DNA from: Phoronis australis
Lineage: Eukaryota > Animalia > Phoronida
Length of the DNA: 64,000 nt
Reading direction: 5' to 3'
Assembly: GCA_002633005.1 (NCBI GenBank)
Contig: NMRA01000722.1
Coordinates: 62,001 to 126,000, forward strand
The position numbers and the translations under genes were made by a program. A model generated the notes under the pieces. The model was not told where the DNA came from. It worked only from the letters and a program-made list of their open reading frames with translations, and did no database searches. Below, piece by piece: positions 61,614 through 64,000 of this stretch; position 1 is the stretch's first letter; every line of letters begins with the position of its first letter.

Positions 61614-62742
61614 GTATTGATAACACAGCCATATTACGTCCAGGGTTGGTTTCTTTCTCATGAATTGCATTAATTAATGTTTTCATCAAACAAGTGACAA
61701 ACTACAGTATAGCTTTAATATCCGACAATTATTTCTTTAATGATGTCATTTTTGTCTTCACTGTACTTTAATTCGCAGCAGTATGTTGTGCCAGGCATGA
61801 GCATGTGTCTTGTCAGGAAGTGAAAAGAGCTGGTTCGTGAGAAAGGAAATTTGTCCATAAGAAAAGAATTCTCTTTGAGAAACTCGTTACTTTAAGTGTG
61901 CAGCTATTTTTTCACCAGTGCCTGGTGATTATTGTATGGCTGTCCTGTAGTCATCTGCTCCTTATGCCATCTGGTGTTCAAGACTGATTCAAAGCTTTTG
62001 CTATATCCTGCCCGGGAATTGAAATGGGGCAAACTGTTACATGCAGGATGGCCTTGCCAAATAATCACACACTTAGTCTTGTATTCTTTCAAAGGAGTGG
62101 TCATGCATCAAGCTCTAACAGATTGCAGACTGAATACTACTTGGTAAAATGCCAAGTTTGTTGATGGCTTTTGGAGTTTAACTATTATTTGAATTTGGTG
62201 AGATGAAATTTTGCCAAATATGTTACTCTGGCATGGTGTTTGTTTGTTTTCTTTTTTGTTTGCCAGATGTTTCGTGTATTTGGTAATCAATAGGATGGAA
62301 AGTATGGCGTCATCCTATTGAGAAAATCCAAGAAATTCTGCCATTTCGTTCCCATGTCTTGTCATTTATCCATGAGAATTTACATTTGGTCAAATGCTGT
62401 AACTGGAAAATGACCAGCTATTCTCTGGTTTAGAAAATATTGACCAATACCTTACTTTTAATGTATTTTGTTGCTTTGAACATAGTTATGTGTTAGTGGA
62501 AATGAATTGGTCACCGCCATAGTGTTTGTTTCCAGCTTGGAGTTGTTGCTAAGGGTGTGACTTAATCATTTTCCATCCCTAGTCATGTCAACACATCACT
62601 CCTTTTAAAATGGCTCAAGGCCTCTGATTTTTGGTCGTAACTGGTCACAAGATGGCACTGTAACTATTTAGTCAACTTTGCTTCATAATATGGGCAGGAT
62701 GCCCGCTGCTAAGTCAGATTGGATTTCTGTGTTTAACCAGTA

Positions 62743-62810
62743 GTCCTTTTGGCTCAGTGGCTAGAGTTTCTGCAGGGTTAGGTCCTGGGTTCGAGTCCTG
62801 GTCGGGGGCA
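62743..62810 (+). mobile_element. tRNA-derived SINE-head fragment
   Basis: A-box TGGCTCAGTGG and B-box GGTTCGAGTCC; anticodon arm missing. Confidence 0.55.
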
Positions 62811-62948
62811 AAAATCTTTTCAGACTTATGTTCATTAGGTAACGTGATGTGACCAACAGGTGGCATGCAGACCAGACTTAAAAATGTTTGTGATTTGCTT
62901 TGTAATATTGTAAATCCGTAGTCCTGACATCTTCCACTTGTTGCTAAG

Positions 62949-63115
62949 GCTTACCCGCTGGTGTAGTCAACATGGTGTTTGGATATGGGCACAAAGTTGG
63001 CCACGCCCTCACGTCTCACCCTGACGTCCCTCTGATCTCGTTCACTGGAAGTACATTGACTGCTCTAAAGATACAGGAGGCTGCAGCGCCATTTTACAAG
63101 AAACTGTCTTTAGAG
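62949..63115 (+). CDS. ALDH8A1: ALDH8A1 exon 4
   Basis: LPAGVVNMVFGYG...HPDVPLISFTGS...KKLSLE; donor gtatga. Confidence 0.95.
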
Positions 63116-63360
63116 GTATGATGTAAAGGTTATATTGACTAGAAGTTTTCTTAAGCTGATACAAAAGAATGTGTCCTTCAAATTACTCTCAGTACTGATC
63201 AGGTCTTTTGGAAGTTTACATTATAACATGAAAACAGCAATTTTCAAATACATTCACTACTCCTGCTTTAAAATGCTGTAAAATTAGTTAATAAAACTAT
63301 TTTTGAATGTCTTGTTATGTTGGCTCTAGTGTGTGCAACTTTACTTTTTATTCATTTCAG

Positions 63361-63431
63361 CTTGGCGGAAAGAATGCTGCCATTATATTTGGCGATGTTA
63401 ACATTTCTGAGTGTATCAATACCACAGTAAG
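63361..63431 (+). CDS. ALDH8A1: ALDH8A1 exon 5
   Basis: LGGKNAAIIFGDVNISECINTTVR; atttcag acceptor, gtgaga donor. Confidence 0.95.
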
Positions 63432-63841
63432 GTGAGAAAGAACTAAGTGTTACTTACAAGATGAGTGTCTGGTTACCTTGCGAGACTCACTCACTCGTGA
63501 CCATGTGCTATTAGTTTTGTTTTCAGCCTTTTGGCCTTTTAGTACTTTTTCAAGCATGTCGGGCTGTTAGAATACTACATCGGAGAACAACTTTTCCCCG
63601 ATTTGAACAGTACAAGATAAAAGTAATCGACCAAATACTTTGAAAAGACTTCAACTGCAACTCTTGCAAAATTGTGTGAATCAGCCTTAGAAAAAATTTT
63701 ATTTTTAGCCATTTAGAATTTTTGTCCAAAGGGAAGAATTTTAAATATATATCAGTCACCTTAATATTTTTTAGTATGATCACCACTCACTTGTGTTTTT
63801 AGCTTCATTTGTTCCCTACTTACAGTTCATTCTCATTGTAG

Positions 63842-63946
63842 GTCGTCATTTGCCAACCAGGGTGAGATCTGTCTCTGCACAAGTAGGATATTTGTGCAGA
63901 CGACAATCTTTAATGAATTCGTTGACAAGTTTGTACAAGCGGTAAG
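63842..63946 (+). CDS. ALDH8A1: ALDH8A1 exon 6 (catalytic Cys)
   Basis: SSFANQGEICLCTSRIFVQ...FVQAV; donor gtaatg (competing gtaagg at 63942). Confidence 0.92.
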
Positions 63947-64000
63947 GTAATGTATCGTGGTTGTCAGGTCAGTATGTGGTGCCAAAGCAATGCTAACAAG

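Larger units (their letters stand above)
57799..63946 (+). other. ALDH8A1: Gene span (5' part): aldehyde dehydrogenase 8A1 / 2-aminomuconic semialdehyde dehydrogenase; continues beyond the window
   Basis: Six phase-consistent GT-AG exons with ESRDQGK, DIPRAVYNFRFFA, PWNLP, KPSE, ISFTGS, LSLELGGKN and FANQGEICLC. Confidence 0.93.

Overview
AT-rich, intron-containing animal genomic DNA; a marine invertebrate is likely from the repeat types, but the species cannot be determined. Four protein-coding genes lie in the right half as two tight head-to-head pairs. Pair 1 is RDM1 (-, 6 coding exons, 285 aa) with VCPKMT/METTL21D (+, 4 exons, 222 aa). Pair 2 is POC5 (-, intronless 556-aa CDS) with ALDH8A1 (+, first 6 exons, running off the window). 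The left 33 kb has no convincing protein gene. It contains non-autonomous DNA transposons (Helentron-type, Kolobok-like TTAA, Harbinger-like, THAP-remnant MITEs), tRNA-derived palindromes, minisatellites, an inverted repeat pair about 8 kb apart, and a 4.7/6.4 kb near-identical duplication next to N gaps that is probably two haplotypes. Main oddities: tandem repeats that copy a splice donor and a splice acceptor of VCPKMT, the intronless POC5, and a transposon carrying eight co-oriented CTCF-like motifs. All gene models and family assignments were made by eye from the sequence and recalled protein motifs; no database searches were run. Single n at 21244, 24846, 44444 and 58710 probably mark collapsed gaps.
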